64,000 bases of DNA from Eledone cirrhosa (lineage: Eukaryota). Location: positions 24,366,001 through 24,430,000 of the forward strand of contig OZ024745.1 in NCBI GenBank assembly GCA_964016885.1, in the 5' to 3' direction. Under the pieces are notes generated by a model. The model did not search any database, was not told the origin of the DNA, and worked only from the letters and a program-made list of their open reading frames with translations. A program made the position numbers and the translations under genes. Position 1 is the first letter of the stretch. The number at the start of each line of letters is the position of its first letter. This document shows, piece by piece, positions 26,328-40,941 of the stretch.

Positions 26328-26960
26328 AAGGTATATATTGAGTTAGAAACTCAAAATAGTCTCTTACAATTAAATAGCTCAAGGAAAGACATTTTTTCGA
26401 GCCGTATAATATAATTGAATATAAAGGAGAGATAAACACAGATATATACATACCTGTGTTCAAATCGTAAGGGACCAGATTCGCTAAGATGAAAAAGATA
26501 CTAACTATATTTTGCCAGACTTAATTTAAGAATAAATCAAGAAAATAAATACAAACTGTTTCAAATGCAATTGTGAAGAGAATTACCAATTCTTATTGCT
26601 CTTCAGTGGGTGAAAAATTAGTAAACTCCTCACTTCTCAGTGTAACATAAAACTGAATAGTGTGCATATATACAATAACGCACGGGGTTTCAGAACATAG
26701 CGTGTCTCACAAACTCATACCTCTAAAAATAGCAGCCAAGTTTACTCGACATTTATATTAGCTCAACAAATTAACGGAGCCGAATATATCAAAGGTATAT
26801 ATTGAGTTAGAAACCCCAAAGAATCTCTTACAATAAAATATCTCAAGGAAAGAATTTTTTTCCGAGCCATTTAATATAATTGAATCTGGTCCCTTACGAT
26901 TTGAACACATATATATATATATGTCTGTGATTATCTCCCTTTTATATTTAATTATTATGG
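26326..26960. mobile_element. Tandem plus inverted pLTR-like element related to 59331-59901
   Basis: Direct repeat at 26326 and 26790, inverted piece 26881-26950, motifs shared with 59331-59901. Degenerate HHR on the minus strand (CUGAAGA-GCAAU...AUUGC...GAAACAGUUUGUA). Confidence 0.6.
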
Positions 26961-27520
26961 CTAGGCTATGTAGTGAACCTTGTTACTCTGGAGTTTCACC
27001 TGCGCGTGGGTGTGTATACACACACACACACACACACACGCACACACACATATATATATATATACATATATATACATATATATACATATAATTTCATTAG
27101 TATATATAAATACATATATATATATAATTATAAAATTGAATATAGAAATAGCTTCTTCAAGACTAGAACTGTCTCATTCGAAGGAAATTATCAGGGCTTT
27201 CCTGATGATTTCCTTCGAATGTAACAGTTTTAGTCCTGTAGAAGTCATTTCTATATTAAAGTTTATATACACTCTACTAATGAACCCCTGAATGAACCAT
27301 GGACTCACAAATATATATGATTATATATATATGTGTGCGTATGTGTGTGTACATATGTGTGTGTATGTGTTTGTATGTGTGTAAACAGGCTTTACACCGG
27401 CCCTCATATCGATAACCTTTGGAGGTTACTTGTCTTTATCTCTTAAATCTGCTTGATGAACTCGGGCCGTCGCTGATATTTACTGTAATGTATCAGTTCT
27501 ATCCATTGGTGAAGCACAGA

Positions 27521-27564
<44 letters not shown>

Positions 27565-27655
27565 ATGAAAAGAAAGAAGAATACTGCGTGGTTGCACATG
27601 GGTTACATATGATAAAAATAATCCTTCGTCAGTGATTTTCCAACCATCATTGATA

Positions 27656-27725
<70 letters not shown>

Positions 27726-27751
27726 TTGTATATAGATATATATATATAGAG

Positions 27752-27804
<53 letters not shown>

Positions 27805-27905
27805 TGTTTCTTTATTAGCCACAGGAGCACAAAAGAAGGGGACAAATACAAAGGGGGAAGTTTACATACAATAAAAACGTGTAAAATACTATCACAAATG
27901 CAATT
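27805..27905 (-). mobile_element. 3' UTR remnant of the L1/Tx1 family next to (GATA)n
   Basis: Reverse complement resembles 45870-45932. Confidence 0.6.
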
Positions 27906-28212
27906 CAAAAATTAATCGATTTTCCCCAATGACGTTGTATATATTCGGTATATATGACGTTATGTATATTCGGCATATATGACATATATTTGACGTTGTA
28001 TATTAGACGTGTATTTGACGTTGTATATTTCGGCATAGATTCGTTGCTTCCAATTTAACAAAACATATCATAACAAAATTCGTTTGCTACTTTTCTTCCC
28101 CCCCACCCCCCCCACCCACCCTCGTCAAAGCATGTGACAAATATTCAGTGAAACTATTTGATAAACATGAAAGATATGCTTTTGCTTTTAATGAAGGTGT
28201 TTTTTCTCCAGC

Positions 28213-28276
<64 letters not shown>

Positions 28277-28308
28277 TTATATGTATATGTATATATATAT
28301 TATATGTA

Positions 28309-28363
<55 letters not shown>

Positions 28364-28540
28364 TCATGAATGTCTCAATGCGTTTATCTCCCGATAAACC
28401 CCCCCCCCCCCCCAACCCCATCTGACCCATTATTTTTTTAGAGATAAATGTCATTTACAGGAAAAGCTTTTCTATACTTTTGTCATGGTTTGCGAAATTC
28501 TTATGCGGGGTATGTGAGTATGTATGTATTCATCCTCACT

Positions 28541-28591
<51 letters not shown>

Positions 28592-28721
28592 GTGTGTGTG
28601 TGTGTGTAGGTGTGTGTGTGTGTGTGTGTAGGTGTTTCTCTCTTGTGTGCATGTATGTATATGTATGTATAAATATATATATGTATATATGTATACACAA
28701 ACACATACACACTCACACACA

Positions 28722-28786
<65 letters not shown>

Positions 28787-29269
28787 TTCATATTTTGTGA
28801 GTTCCATCAAGGAAAATAGAGTAAATACAAGTTCATGTATTCATTTTGTACAACATAACCACAATGTTTCAGCAGAGCGTGTGTTTGTCATGCATTAAAT
28901 TAAAACATACAAAACTGGAAGAAAATATTCTTATCAGAAGATATTCTGTGTATTAGTGACAAATAACCATCTGTATGATATTGCCTACACCTCAATTGTT
29001 GAGTTGATAGATGGGTTATATGTGACCTATTTCTAGCGCCATATTATACCTGTCACCTTGTCCATGGTATACACTTATTTATTTAGTTGGTCGATGTACG
29101 CATGCGTGTAATTTTATACTCCAGGCTGGATTGGTAAGGATAAATTCTGTTTACATACACATAAATAGTAATTTACACTTTCAAAAAATACTCTCTGATG
29201 AGATTATCTTCCTCCAGTTTTACTTGTTTTAATTGATTGATGTTAACGCTGTTTCTTGATACTCTAAAC

Positions 29270-29588
29270 CAGGGGTTCTCAACCTTATTTTCGCTGTGGA
29301 CCACCAAAATAAGTAATTTTTTCCTGTGGACCACCTAAACTTTAAAATCTTTTGTAATAGAACTGCTACTTATAAGCATCAGTAGATGTTTTTTCTCAAT
29401 GAATTAGAAAATGCTATCATCATGTCGCAGTGCCTAAAAATCTACGCAAATAAACAGCTGAAGTCGTACTTATGTGAAGAATAAGAACAGCGCTTTAAGT
29501 CAAATACATGTTAGAAAATTATCTGTGGACCACCTGAATTTTCCTGTGGGCCACTAGTTGTCCACATGGACCAGGTTGAGAACCCCTG
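29270..29588. mobile_element. hAT (Charlie-like) MITE
   Basis: TIR CAGGGGTTCTCAACC, perfect 8-bp TSD CTCTAAAC, subterminal CTGTGGACCAC repeats. Confidence 0.92.
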
Positions 29589-29811
29589 CTCTAAACTGCA
29601 GTAAGGGAGCGGTTAATAGTGAAGGTGTCTTATTTTAAGTTACTTTACTAGGAATCTACCCGTCAGTAACTTTGTATAAATTATTCTATGTTCTCTATGT
29701 TGATGATTCTAGTTCCTTTGAGGACTAACAACACACCCAGGAGCTGGACATATCGATGAATTAACAGGGTAGAACACATTTCAACACCATGTTTACCTGT
29801 TTTTTCTGCCT

Positions 29812-29880
29812 TAATTCGTACTGCCTGATGAGGTCACGGCCAATAATGGCTGTCACTGAAATATATATAACAGCGAATTA
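29812..29880 (+). ncRNA. Type I hammerhead ribozyme (family D)
   Basis: UAAUUCG..CUGC-CUGAUGA-GGUCACGGCCA auaa UGGCUGUCACU-GAAA-UAUAUA-UA-ACAGCGAAUUA. The element extends to about 30020 and is homologous to 47295-47540. Confidence 0.75.
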
Positions 29881-30016
29881 GAATAAACGAAGCCAACTGT
29901 AACATGTTTGACTTACACATATTATTTTATATTACTCCGGAGTGAACCCAACCTGCGCACTTCGTTGAGTCCTCCTACCTGCATACTGAGATGTCGATAA
30001 ACAACCAACACATACT

Positions 30017-30075
<59 letters not shown>

Positions 30076-30216
30076 CATACATATATATATATATGTACAT
30101 ATATATATATATATGTACATATGTACATATATATTATCTATTATGGAATACTGTTGGCTTTTTGCTACAATGTTTTCTATACCTTTCATTTATATATATG
30201 TACATATATATATATA

Positions 30217-30266
<50 letters not shown>

Positions 30267-31004
30267 ATATTGATATATATATATACGTTCATTGATATGT
30301 TGATATACAGGGATGCTAGCACAATTATTACACACATTTACATAACAATATATACATCTCTGCTTTATTGAATTCATATAGTAACCGTAGAAACAAAAGT
30401 ACCTAAAAACAAAAGAAAGCCCGCATTCCGAAACATACACGCATTTCAAACTAGAAAGCAAAGAATTTCACCACACAAATAAGACATACAGATACACAGT
30501 ACAAACATGCTTGATTATAAACAAATAATAGGCTGGTTAATTCATGAAAAATGTATAAATATAAACACATATTTGAATGTATATGTTTCTATATGTGTGA
30601 ACGCATGTATATATATAAATATATATGGTAGTGTGAATGTGTAAGTCATTGTGTATGTGTGAGTGTGTCTATTGGTATGCATGCATATATGCATATCATT
30701 TACAGCTGTATTGGTTTGCATGTTAAAGTATAAACAAGTTGATCAGGTATCAAGAAATTGTTTTCACAAAGGGAACCAGCATTCATATAGTCATAGAAGC
30801 ACGCCATTATAGATACAAACATATAGATATATATAAACACTTAGAAATACACATACCTAAATTGCTTATATTTGTTATACGAAACTGCCTGGAACGACAG
30901 AATTGTTTATATGAATACTTCACAAACAAAATTCGACCGTACATTCTAACCATAACTTTATTACATTCACAAATATACAAATATACATACATACACACAC
31001 ATAT

Positions 31005-31061
<57 letters not shown>

Positions 31062-31149
31062 CATACATATACATTCAAATATGTGTTTATATTTATACAT
31101 TTTTCATGAATTTTTCATGTATATATATATATATATGTGTGTGTGTGTG

Positions 31150-31254
<105 letters not shown>

Positions 31255-31455
31255 GTATATATATATAAGAACGTTATTTTGTATATAAGCTAACAAAGTT
31301 ATAAATCTGCAGCTCTGTACTTAGATATTCTTGCCCATCTATAATTTCAAGGAGATCGATGTATATAGAGATTGTATATAGAATACATTTGTACTGCATA
31401 TTTGTTTATCAATGTGTATATATATATATATATACATGTGTGTGTGTATGTAAGA

Positions 31456-31496
<41 letters not shown>

Positions 31497-31526
31497 AACA
31501 TGTGTGTGTGTATTTATGTATATATT

Positions 31527-31947
31527 TATATAGTATTAAAAAGATCGGAGGGCATAACCAGTAGATTTAGGCGTATTTAAATCTCCGTGGCACATATTTC
31601 GCTGACGACTACCAACTTTGATATCCTGAACTCTTCAAACCGCATAAAAATCTTTAAAAAGAACTTGAAAATATCTAGGGGTTATACAGGGGCCGGCCGG
31701 CGTAGAAACAACATCAACATATTCGGCCGTCCCCTGCATCACGAAAAAGAAACATTTTTAGAGAAAGTTTTAAACATTTTTTTAAGGAATTTAAAAATAT
31801 TTTCAAGTTGTTTTTTTTAAAGGTTTTTATGCCACCTGAAGAACACAGCCTATCGAAGTTGGTAGTCCCCTGCGAAATATATATCATGGAGATTTATATA
31901 AACCTAAATCAACTGCTTGAGGCCGCCGATCTTTTTCATACTATATA
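31527..31947. mobile_element. MITE with long imperfect TIRs
   Basis: TATAGTATTAAAAAGATCGG...CCGATCTTTTTCATACTATA, with arms over 100 bp. Confidence 0.7.
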
Positions 31948-32068
31948 ATGATCAGTCTTGTACCATTTATACTGGTCGTTAATCCCTTCATTTTATCTAC
32001 ATCACAACCGACCGACCATAATGTGATATCCTTGGTCGGTTAGACCTATATAATAATAATAATAATAA

Positions 32069-32560
32069 TAATTGTTTCTACTTTTGGCACAAGGCCAGCA
32101 ATTATCCAGTACATTACTGGTACTTTATTTTATCGACCACGTAAGGATGAAAGGCAAAGTTAACCTGGAATAGTTTCTTATATAGACACAAGGCCAGCAA
32201 TTTTAAGGGAGGGGAAAGTGGATTAAATTGACCCCAGTGCATTACTGGTGCTTTATATTATCGACCCCATAAGGATGAAAGGCAAAGTTAACTTCGGCGG
32301 GATTTGAACTCAGAACGTAAAGGGCCGTAACTATATGTTGCAAAGCATGTTGTCCGGCACTTTACCGATACTGTCAATCCAAATAATAATTGTTTCTACT
32401 TTTGGCACAAGGCCAGTAATTATCTCAGTATATTACTGGTACTTTATTTTGTCGACCCCGTAAGGATAAAAGGCAAAGTTAACCTCGGCAGGATTTGAAC
32501 TCAGAAAGTAAAGGGACGTAAATCTATGCTGTAAAGCATGGCGTCCGACCCTTTCCAAAT
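32069..32560 (-). mobile_element. Cluster of three tandem SINEs (one truncated)
   Basis: Consensus matches at about 32069, 32175 and 32387. Confidence 0.85.
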
Positions 32561-33111
32561 AATAATAATAGTAATATATATGTGTGTGTGTGTGCGTGTG
32601 TGCGTGTGTGTGCGCGCGCGTACGTGTGTAATTACAGTGAAATCAAATTCACTTGGGGTGATTTATCTGTATCTCTAGGGTGGATAAATGAGAAATATAT
32701 TCATTTTGTAGAGGAAAAGAGGTCTTAGCTTCCTTCTCATTTGTACACCATTGCACTGTGGTCAGACTAAGATGGCGGAATTTGTTAAAATAATGAGCAA
32801 AAAAAAAAAAAAATACAGAATTAACAACGCTTAAAGCAAGGGTAAAGACGGGGGTTAATAATATTGATTTTTCACATTGCAAAAGCCATGGATTTCGAGA
32901 GAGGAGCAGAGCCAATCATATCAGACATGGCTAGTATTTATTCTATCGATACCAGCGGGATTTGAACAGTAGATTAGTGTTGAAATTCATGCTGATTACA
33001 GTGATAATGGTGGCAAATTGTGTTGTTGCTACTGATGATGTTGGTGATGATGATGGTCGTGATGGTGATGATGGTGGTGATGGTATTAGGAGTAGTTGTT
33101 CTGGTACTCGT

Positions 33112-36100
33112 GTTGGTGCTGGTGGTGATGGAGGTGGTGGTGATGGAGGTGGTGGTGTTGGAGCTGGTGGTGATGGTGCTGGTGGTGATGGAGGTGGTGG
33201 TGATGGTGCTGGTGGTGATGGAGGTGGTGGTGATGGAGGTGGTGGTGTTGGAGCTGGTGGTGATGGTGCTGGTGGTGATGGAGGTGGTGGTGATGGTTCT
33301 GGTGGTGATGGAGGTGGTGGTGATGGTGCTGGTGGTGATGGAGGTGGTGGTGATGGAGGTGGTGGTGATGGAGGTGGTGGTGATGGAGGTGGAGGTGGTG
33401 GTGGTGGTGGTGATGGTGCTGGTGGTGATGGTGCTGGTGGTGATGGAGGTGGTGGTGATGGTGCTGGTGGTGATGGAGGTGGTGGTGATGGAGGTGGTGG
33501 TGATGGAGCTGGTGGTGATGGTGCTGGTGGTGATGGAGGTGGTGGTGATGGAGGTGGTGGTGATGGAGGTGGTGGTGTTGGAGCTGGTGGTGATGGTGCT
33601 GGTGGTGATGGAGGTGGTGGTGATGGAGGTGGTGGTGTTGGAGCTGGTGGTGATGGAGGTGGTGGTGATGGAGGTGGTGGTGTTGGAGCTGGTGGTGATG
33701 GTGCTGGTGGTGATGGTGCTGGTGGTGATGGAGGTGGTGGTGATGGTGGTGGTGGTGATGGAGGTGGTGGTGTTGGAGCTGGTGGTGATGGTGCTGGTGG
33801 TGATGGAGGTGGTGGTGATGGTGCTGGTGGTGATGGAGGTGGTGGTGATGGTGCTGGTGGTGATGGAGGTGGTGGTGATGGAGGTGGTGGTGTTGGAGCT
33901 GGTGGTGATGGTGCTGGTGGTGATGGAGGTGGTGGTGATGGTGCTGGTGGTGATGGAGGTGGTGGTGTTGGAGGTGGTGGTGATGGAGGTGGTGGTGATG
34001 GAGGTGGTGGTGATGGAGGTGGTGGTGATGGTGCTGGTGGTGATGGAGGTGGTGGTGATGGAGGTGATGGTGATGGAGGTGGTGGTGATGGTGCTGGTGG
34101 TGATGGTGGTGGTGGTGATGGAGGTGGTGGTGATGGAGGTGGTGGTGATGGTGCTGGTGGTGATGGAGGTGGTGGTGTTGGAGGTGGTGGTGATGGAGCT
34201 GGTGGTGATGGAGGTGGTGGTGTTGGAGGTGGTGGTGTTGGAGCTGGTGGTGATGGAGCTGGTGGTGATGGAGGTGGTGGTGATGGAGGTGGTGGTGATG
34301 GAGGTGGTGGTGATGGAGGTGGTGGTGATGGTGCTGGTGGTGATGGTGGTGGTGGTGATGGTGCTGGTGGTGATGGAGGTGGTGGTGATGGAGGTGGTGG
34401 TGATGGAGGTGGTGGTGTTGGAGCTGGTGGTGATGGAGGTGGTGGTGATGGAGGTGGTGGTGATGGTGCTGGTGGTGATGGAGCTGGTGGTGATGGAGGT
34501 GGTGGTGTTGGAGGTGGTGGTGATGGAGGTGGTGGTGATGGTGGTGGTGGTGATGGTGCTGGTGGTGATGGAGGTGGTGGTGATGGAGCTGGTGGTGATG
34601 GAGCTGGTGGTGATGGAGGTGGTGGTGATGGTGCTGGTGGTGATGGTGCTGGTGGTGATGGTGCTGGTGGTGATGGTGGTGGTGGTGTTGGAGGTGGTGG
34701 TGATGGTGCTGGTGGTGATGGAGGTGGTGGTGATGGAGCTGGTGGTGATGGTGCTGGTGGTGATGGAGCTGGTGGTGATGGAGGTGGTGGTGATGGTGCT
34801 GGTGGTGATGGTGGTGGTGGTGATGGTGCTGGTGGTGATGGAGCTGGTGGTGATGGAGGTGGTGGTGATGGTGCTGGTGGTGGTGGTGGTGGTGGTGATG
34901 GTGCTGGTGGTGATGGAGCTGGTGGTGATGGAGGTGGTGGTGATGGTGCTGGTGGTGATGGTGCTGGTGGTGATGGAGCTGGTGGTGATGGAGGTGGTGG
35001 TGATGGTGCTGGTGGTGATGGTGCTGGTGGTGATGGAGGTGGTGGTGTTGGAGCTGGTGGTGATGGTGCTGGTGGTGATGGAGGTGGTGGTGCTGGTGCT
35101 GGTGGTGATGGAGCTGGTGGTGATGGAGGTGGTGGTGATGGTGGTGGTGTTGGTGGTGGTGGTGGTGATGGAGGTGGTGGTGATGGTGCTGGTGGTGATG
35201 GTGCTGGTGGTGATGGTGCTGGTGGTGATGGTGCTGGTGGTGATGGAGGTGGTGGTGATGGTGCTGGTGGTGATGGTGGTGGTGGTGATGGAGGTGGTGG
35301 TGATGGTGCTGGTGGTGATGGTGCTGGTGGTGATGGAGGTGGTGGTGTTGGAGGTGGTGGTGATGGTGCTGGTGGTGATGGAGGTGGTGGTGATGGTGCT
35401 GGTGGTGATGGTGCTGGTGGTGATGGTGGTGATGGAGGTGGTGGTGATGGTGCTGGTGGTGATGGTGCTGGTGGTGATGGTGCTGGTGGTGATGGAGGTG
35501 GTGGTGATGGTGCTGGTGGTGATGGAGCTGGTGGTGATGGAGGTGGTGGTGATGGTGCTGGTGGTGATGGTGCTGGTGGTGATGGAGGTGGTGGTGTTGG
35601 AGCTGGTGGTGATGGTGCTGGTGGTGATGGAGGTGGTGGTGCTGGTGCTGGTGGTGATGGAGCTGGTGGTGATGGAGGTGGTGGTGATGGTGGTGGTGTT
35701 GGTGGTGGTGGTGGTGATGGAGGTGGTGGTGATGGTGCTGGTGGTGATGGTGCTGGTGGTGATGGTGCTGGTGGTGATGGTGCTGGTGGTGATGGAGGTG
35801 GTGGTGATGGTGCTGGTGGTGATGGTGGTGGTGGTGATGGAGGTGGTGGTGATGGTGCTGGTGGTGATGGTGCTGGTGGTGATGGTGCTGGTGGTGATGG
35901 TGCTGGTGGTGATGGTGCTGGTGGTGATGGAGGTGGTGGTGATGGTGCTGGTGGTGATGGTGCTGGTGGTGATGGTGGTGATGGAGGTGGTGGTGATGGT
36001 GCTGGTGGTGATGGTGCTGGTGGTGATGGTGCTGGTGGTGATGGTGCTGGTGGTGATGGTGCTGGTGGTGATGGAGGTGGTGGTGATGGTGCTGGTGGTG

Positions 36101-36945
36101 ATGGAGGTGGTGGTGATGGAGGTGGTGGTGATGGTGCTGGTGGTGATGGTGCTGGTGGTGATGGAGGTGGTGGTGATGGAGGTGGTGGTGATGGAGGTGG
36201 TGGTGATGGTGCTGGTGGTGATGGTGCTGGTGGTGATGGTGCTGGTGGTGATGGTGCTGGTGGTGATGGTGCTGGTGGTGATGGAGGTGGTGGTGATGGT
36301 GCTGGTGGTGATGGTGCTGGTGGTGATGGAGGTGGTGGTGATGGAGGTGGTGGTGATGGAGCTGGTGGTGATGGTGCTGGTGGTGATGGAGGTGGTGGTG
36401 ATGGAGGTGGTGGTGATGGAGGTGGTGGTGATGGTGCTGGTGGTGTTGGAGCTGGTGGTGATGGAGGTGGTGGTGATGGAGGTGGTGGTGATGGTGCTGG
36501 TGGTGATGGTGCTGGTGGTGATGGTGCTGGTGGTGATGGAGGTGGTGGTGATGGAGCTGGTGGTGATGGTGCTGGTGGTGATGGAGGTGGTGGTGGTGGA
36601 GCTGGTGGTGATGGTGCTGGTGGTGATGGTGCTGGTGGTGATGGTGCTGGTGGTGATGGAGGTGGTGGTGATGGAGCTGGTGGTGATGGTGCTGGTGGTG
36701 ATGGAGGTGGTGGTGATGGAGCTGGTGGTGATGGTGCTGGTGGTGATGGAGGTGGTGGTGATGGAGGTGGTGGTGATGGTACTGGTGGTGATGGAGGTGG
36801 TGGTGATGGTGGTGGTGGTGGTGGTGGTGGTGGTGGTGGTGGTGGTGGTCGACGTGGTGGTGGCGGTGGCGGTGGTGGTGGTGGTGGCGGCGGTGGCGGT
36901 GGTGGTGGTGGCGGTGGTGGCGGTGGTGGTGGTGGTGGTGGTGAC
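33112..36945. repeat. 3.8-kb 15-bp minisatellite (GGTGGTGATGGWGST)n
   Basis: Direct reading. Contains a 549-bp higher-order duplication (marker units at 35092/35641 and 35422/35971). Confidence 0.95.
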
Positions 36946-36949
36946 GATG

Positions 36950-37033
36950 TGACGATGTGGTGATGGTGATGATGATGATGGTAGTGGTGGTGGTGATGAT
37001 GGTGGTGGTGGTGGCGGTGGTGGTGGTGATGAT

Positions 37034-37064
<31 letters not shown>

Positions 37065-37437
37065 ATAAAAAGGATGATGACGATGATGATAATGATAATG
37101 ATGATGCTGATGTTAGTGGAGGTGCTGATGATGATGATGATGAGGATATGATGATGATGATGATGAAAATCCAGCCCTGATGAAGTAATAACAATTATGG
37201 TGATGATGTGATGATGTTGCTGATGATTGTGATGATAATGCTGAGGTAAAGCCTAGGGATTATGAAATTGTTGCTGCTGCTGCTGCTGCTGCTGCTGATG
37301 GGAGATGATAATAATCAGAGAGAGAGGAGAATGAAGACGAAGCGATAATACAATGATGATGATGGTGATGATGATGACATTGATGATGATGGTGATGGTG
37401 ATGATGATGATGATGATGATGATGATGGTGATGATGG

Positions 37438-37472
<35 letters not shown>

Positions 37473-37839
37473 GTGATGATGGTGATGATGGTAATAATGC
37501 TGTTTGTACTGATAATGTTGATAATAATAATAATTATGAGGAGGGGGAGGAGGAGGAGGAGGAGGGGGAGGAGGAGGAGGAGGAGGAGGAGGAGGAGGAT
37601 ATTGTTGATGGTGATTGTCGTGGTAGCAATGATAACGACAAAAATGATAATGCTGCTGCTGATGATGATGATGACGATAATGATGATGAGGATGTTGGTG
37701 GTGATGACGACGATAATGATGACGACGATGATGATGATGATGATGACGATGGTGATGACGATAATGATGATAATGTTGATGATGATGATGTTTATGTTGA
37801 TGATGATGATGACAATAATGATCATGAGGATGTTGGTGG

Positions 37840-37877
<38 letters not shown>

Positions 37878-38005
37878 TTTATGATGATGATGATGACAAT
37901 GATGATGATGATGATGATGATGATGACGACGATGTTGATGATGACGACGATGATGATGACGATAACAATGAGGATCACTCTAATGACGACGACGACAATA
38001 ACAAC
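36950..38005. repeat. (GAT/GGT/GAG)n trinucleotide repeats
   Basis: Direct reading. Confidence 0.9.
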
Positions 38006-38135
38006 AGACACAACTGAAGAGATCGCCTAGTGGTGATTATCTTCCATTTCCATTATCTTTACGTAGCAATCCAATGGAATTTCAGTCTTCAGACATACTG
38101 GAAGCGAGGTTATTCATCCTGCGATTGCCTGTGTA

Positions 38136-38229
<94 letters not shown>

Positions 38230-38234
38230 TATGT

Positions 38235-38266
<32 letters not shown>

Positions 38267-38776
38267 GTGTATGAGTGAGTGTGTGAGTGTGTGTGATGTT
38301 GTGTTAGTGATTGTATCTATGAGAAAGTATATATATATATATATGTGTGTGTGTGTCTGTGTGTGACTGTGTGATACTGCGTTGATGATTGCATCTATGA
38401 GAAACTATATATATATATGTGTGTGAGTGTGTTTGTGTGCGTGTGCGTATACATGTATACATATACATAACTATTTACATGTATAAATCTACGTGCTAGG
38501 AATACAACAAGGCAGATTTGATTCAGATCAATGCTTTCCTTCCGCTGTGGGGCACGGATGGGGTTTCGGAGCTGGGAAGAGGAAAATGAGGTGGTCGGGT
38601 GGCGGTGGGGTAGAAGAAAGGAAGGAGGAGGAATGAAAGATGGATAATGGTTGAGGTAGGAAACTACGTAAGAAGGTGACGGAGAAAGAAAGTGATACAC
38701 ACACACACTCACACACACGCATATATATATATATGTGTGTGTGTATGTCTGGGTATATATATATATATGTATATAT

Positions 38777-38833
<57 letters not shown>

Positions 38834-39653
38834 GAGGATGGGATAGGGAGAAGTGGGGTTATTTTTAAGATTGAAAAGGGTAAATTTAGCAAGCGACAAA
38901 TGAAAAATTCCGAAGAAAATTGTGAAGGAGAGAATGAAGAATTAGAAGTTATAGAAATATATATGAAAAACAGAGAGAGGGTGGGGGGGGGGGGGGGGTT
39001 AGAACAATTAGAATAATGTAAAGGAAGGAAATTTCGGAAACAATTAATGATCGAAACCTGTATTTGAAAAGAAGGATACGAAAGAGTTGAGAGCTCCCCA
39101 TGCCTTGCCTACCCTGATGTCTACATCCTGTTTTGTGTTCATGGAAATGACAAGGTATAAGAAGTCTTCTACCTTTTCAATCTCCGAACCGTATAGTGCA
39201 TGCATTTGGTCGTTTCATGTTGCATTGAGGTGCGTAACTTGTTTTTTTTTCTTTGCCAGCATTAAAGACGAGTCAAAAGGACTTAACTCTATGTAATATG
39301 TCTTATGTAATATGTCTTTTCCAAGAAAGCTATGTCATCTGCATAAGACAGTTTATGTAGCACTTCTTCCAGATATCAGGTAATTTGCCGGCTTTTCAAT
39401 GTCATCACGTTTTTTCAGTGTCATCACGTCTGATGGTGCAATAGCTTCATGCAATGCATGATCAAGGCAAATCTCAAAAAGGAAAGGAGAAATTTGAGTA
39501 AGACTGATACAAGTGGTGCAGATTGTGAGACTACCTTTCTTGCATATTGGCATTATTCAAGATATTCCCCATTCCTCAGGCCTTCAAGGGTGTCAATGCC
39601 AAAATCTGTTAGAAACTTGGGTCGTTTCCATGGATCTGTAGTTAGGTGCATGT

Positions 39654-39985
39654 GAAGGCGCATGGCTTAGTGGTTAGAGCATTGGGCTTGCAATTGAAAG
39701 GTTGTGAGTTCGATTTTCGGACCGGGTGATGCGTTGTGTCCTTGAGCAAGACACTTTATTTCACGTTGCCCCAGTTTCTCAGCTGTAGAAAGGAGTTGCC
39801 TCGTCACTGGTGCCAAGCTGTACCGGCCATTGCCTTTCCCTTGGACAACATCAGTGGCATGGAGAGGGGAGGCTGGTTTGCATGGGCGACTGCTGGTCTT
39901 CCTCAAACAACCTTACCAGGACTTGTGCCTCGCAGGGAAACTTTCTAGGGGCAAATCACATGGTCATTCGTGACCGAAGGGTGTC
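39654..39985 (+). mobile_element. Second tRNA-derived SINE family
   Basis: A box TGGCTTAGTGGTTAGAGC, B box GAGTTCGATT, body GTGTCCTTGAGCAAGACACTT. A related head occurs at 55049-55270. Confidence 0.8.
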
Positions 39986-40710
39986 TTCGATAGTTAGGCC
40001 ATCAAGCGCAGGAACTCTGTCTGGTTTCATTACAATCAATTCAATGTCCACTTCTACAGAGAATTCAGTGATGCTTATCTCTAGATGGACTTTAGATACT
40101 AGGTCAATCACTACGTCTGGGTCACAACGATTGCCAACTGATAGGAGTTTATCGCATTCTAAGGGTAATTTGAATATAAACCACTGCCTTATAGGATAAT
40201 TAGGACACTGGATAACTTATCAAAATACAGTAAACGGAGACAATTTAAGGCCACAAGTTTCCAAATATATGGTGCAAACGGAGTAATTTGGAGCCGCTAT
40301 TCAGGATTACAAGCTAATTACAACATTGGATATCAACAGACATTAATCAGAGAATATTCAAACTCTACACATCTTCATAAAATATGGTGCCAGATGAGAC
40401 ATAATGACCATATTTTAGGCTGCTTTGAATTTCTGTTACATTAATAATTAATTGTATATCTAATAAGTATGCCGCTAGAAGTATGCCGCTTTATAGAAAT
40501 TATAGAAATTATTTTAAGATCTTATTACAAAAGATCAATTAATATGAGTTAAGTAGGATAGATATGTGATGTAGTTGGTTGAATGACTCTTACAGTGCGA
40601 GGGATCTAGTGTCTTTGTATGTAAATATAAATGACAGTTAAATTCATACATTTAACTGTGCATTGCATATAGATACGACAAAGCAGAAATAAAGAGAATG
40701 TAAATTCATA

Positions 40711-40901
40711 TACGAGGGTCGGCTAAAAGGTTCATAGGCTGACTGTGAAGGAGTGATGCTAGAGCTGTCAAATCTTGACTGCATTAATTTCAACTTTTCT
40801 TATTAATAACTGCATTGTTTCTTTCCAGGGAATATGTTCAAGAATAAAACTCATTTCGTGAGAGCATCTTGGTCAGCTTATAAACTTTTCACCTGACCCT
40901 C

Positions 40902-40904
<3 letters not shown>
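40711..40904 (+). mobile_element. Mariner-type MITE
   Basis: TIR TACGAGGGTCGGCTAAAAG / CTTTTCACCTGACCCTCGTA. Confidence 0.8.

Positions 40905-40941
<37 letters not shown>

Noticed and set aside
27176-27222. Palindrome containing CTGATGA
   Set aside because: No stem II followed by GAAA and no NUH geometry. More likely a DNA-transposon remnant.
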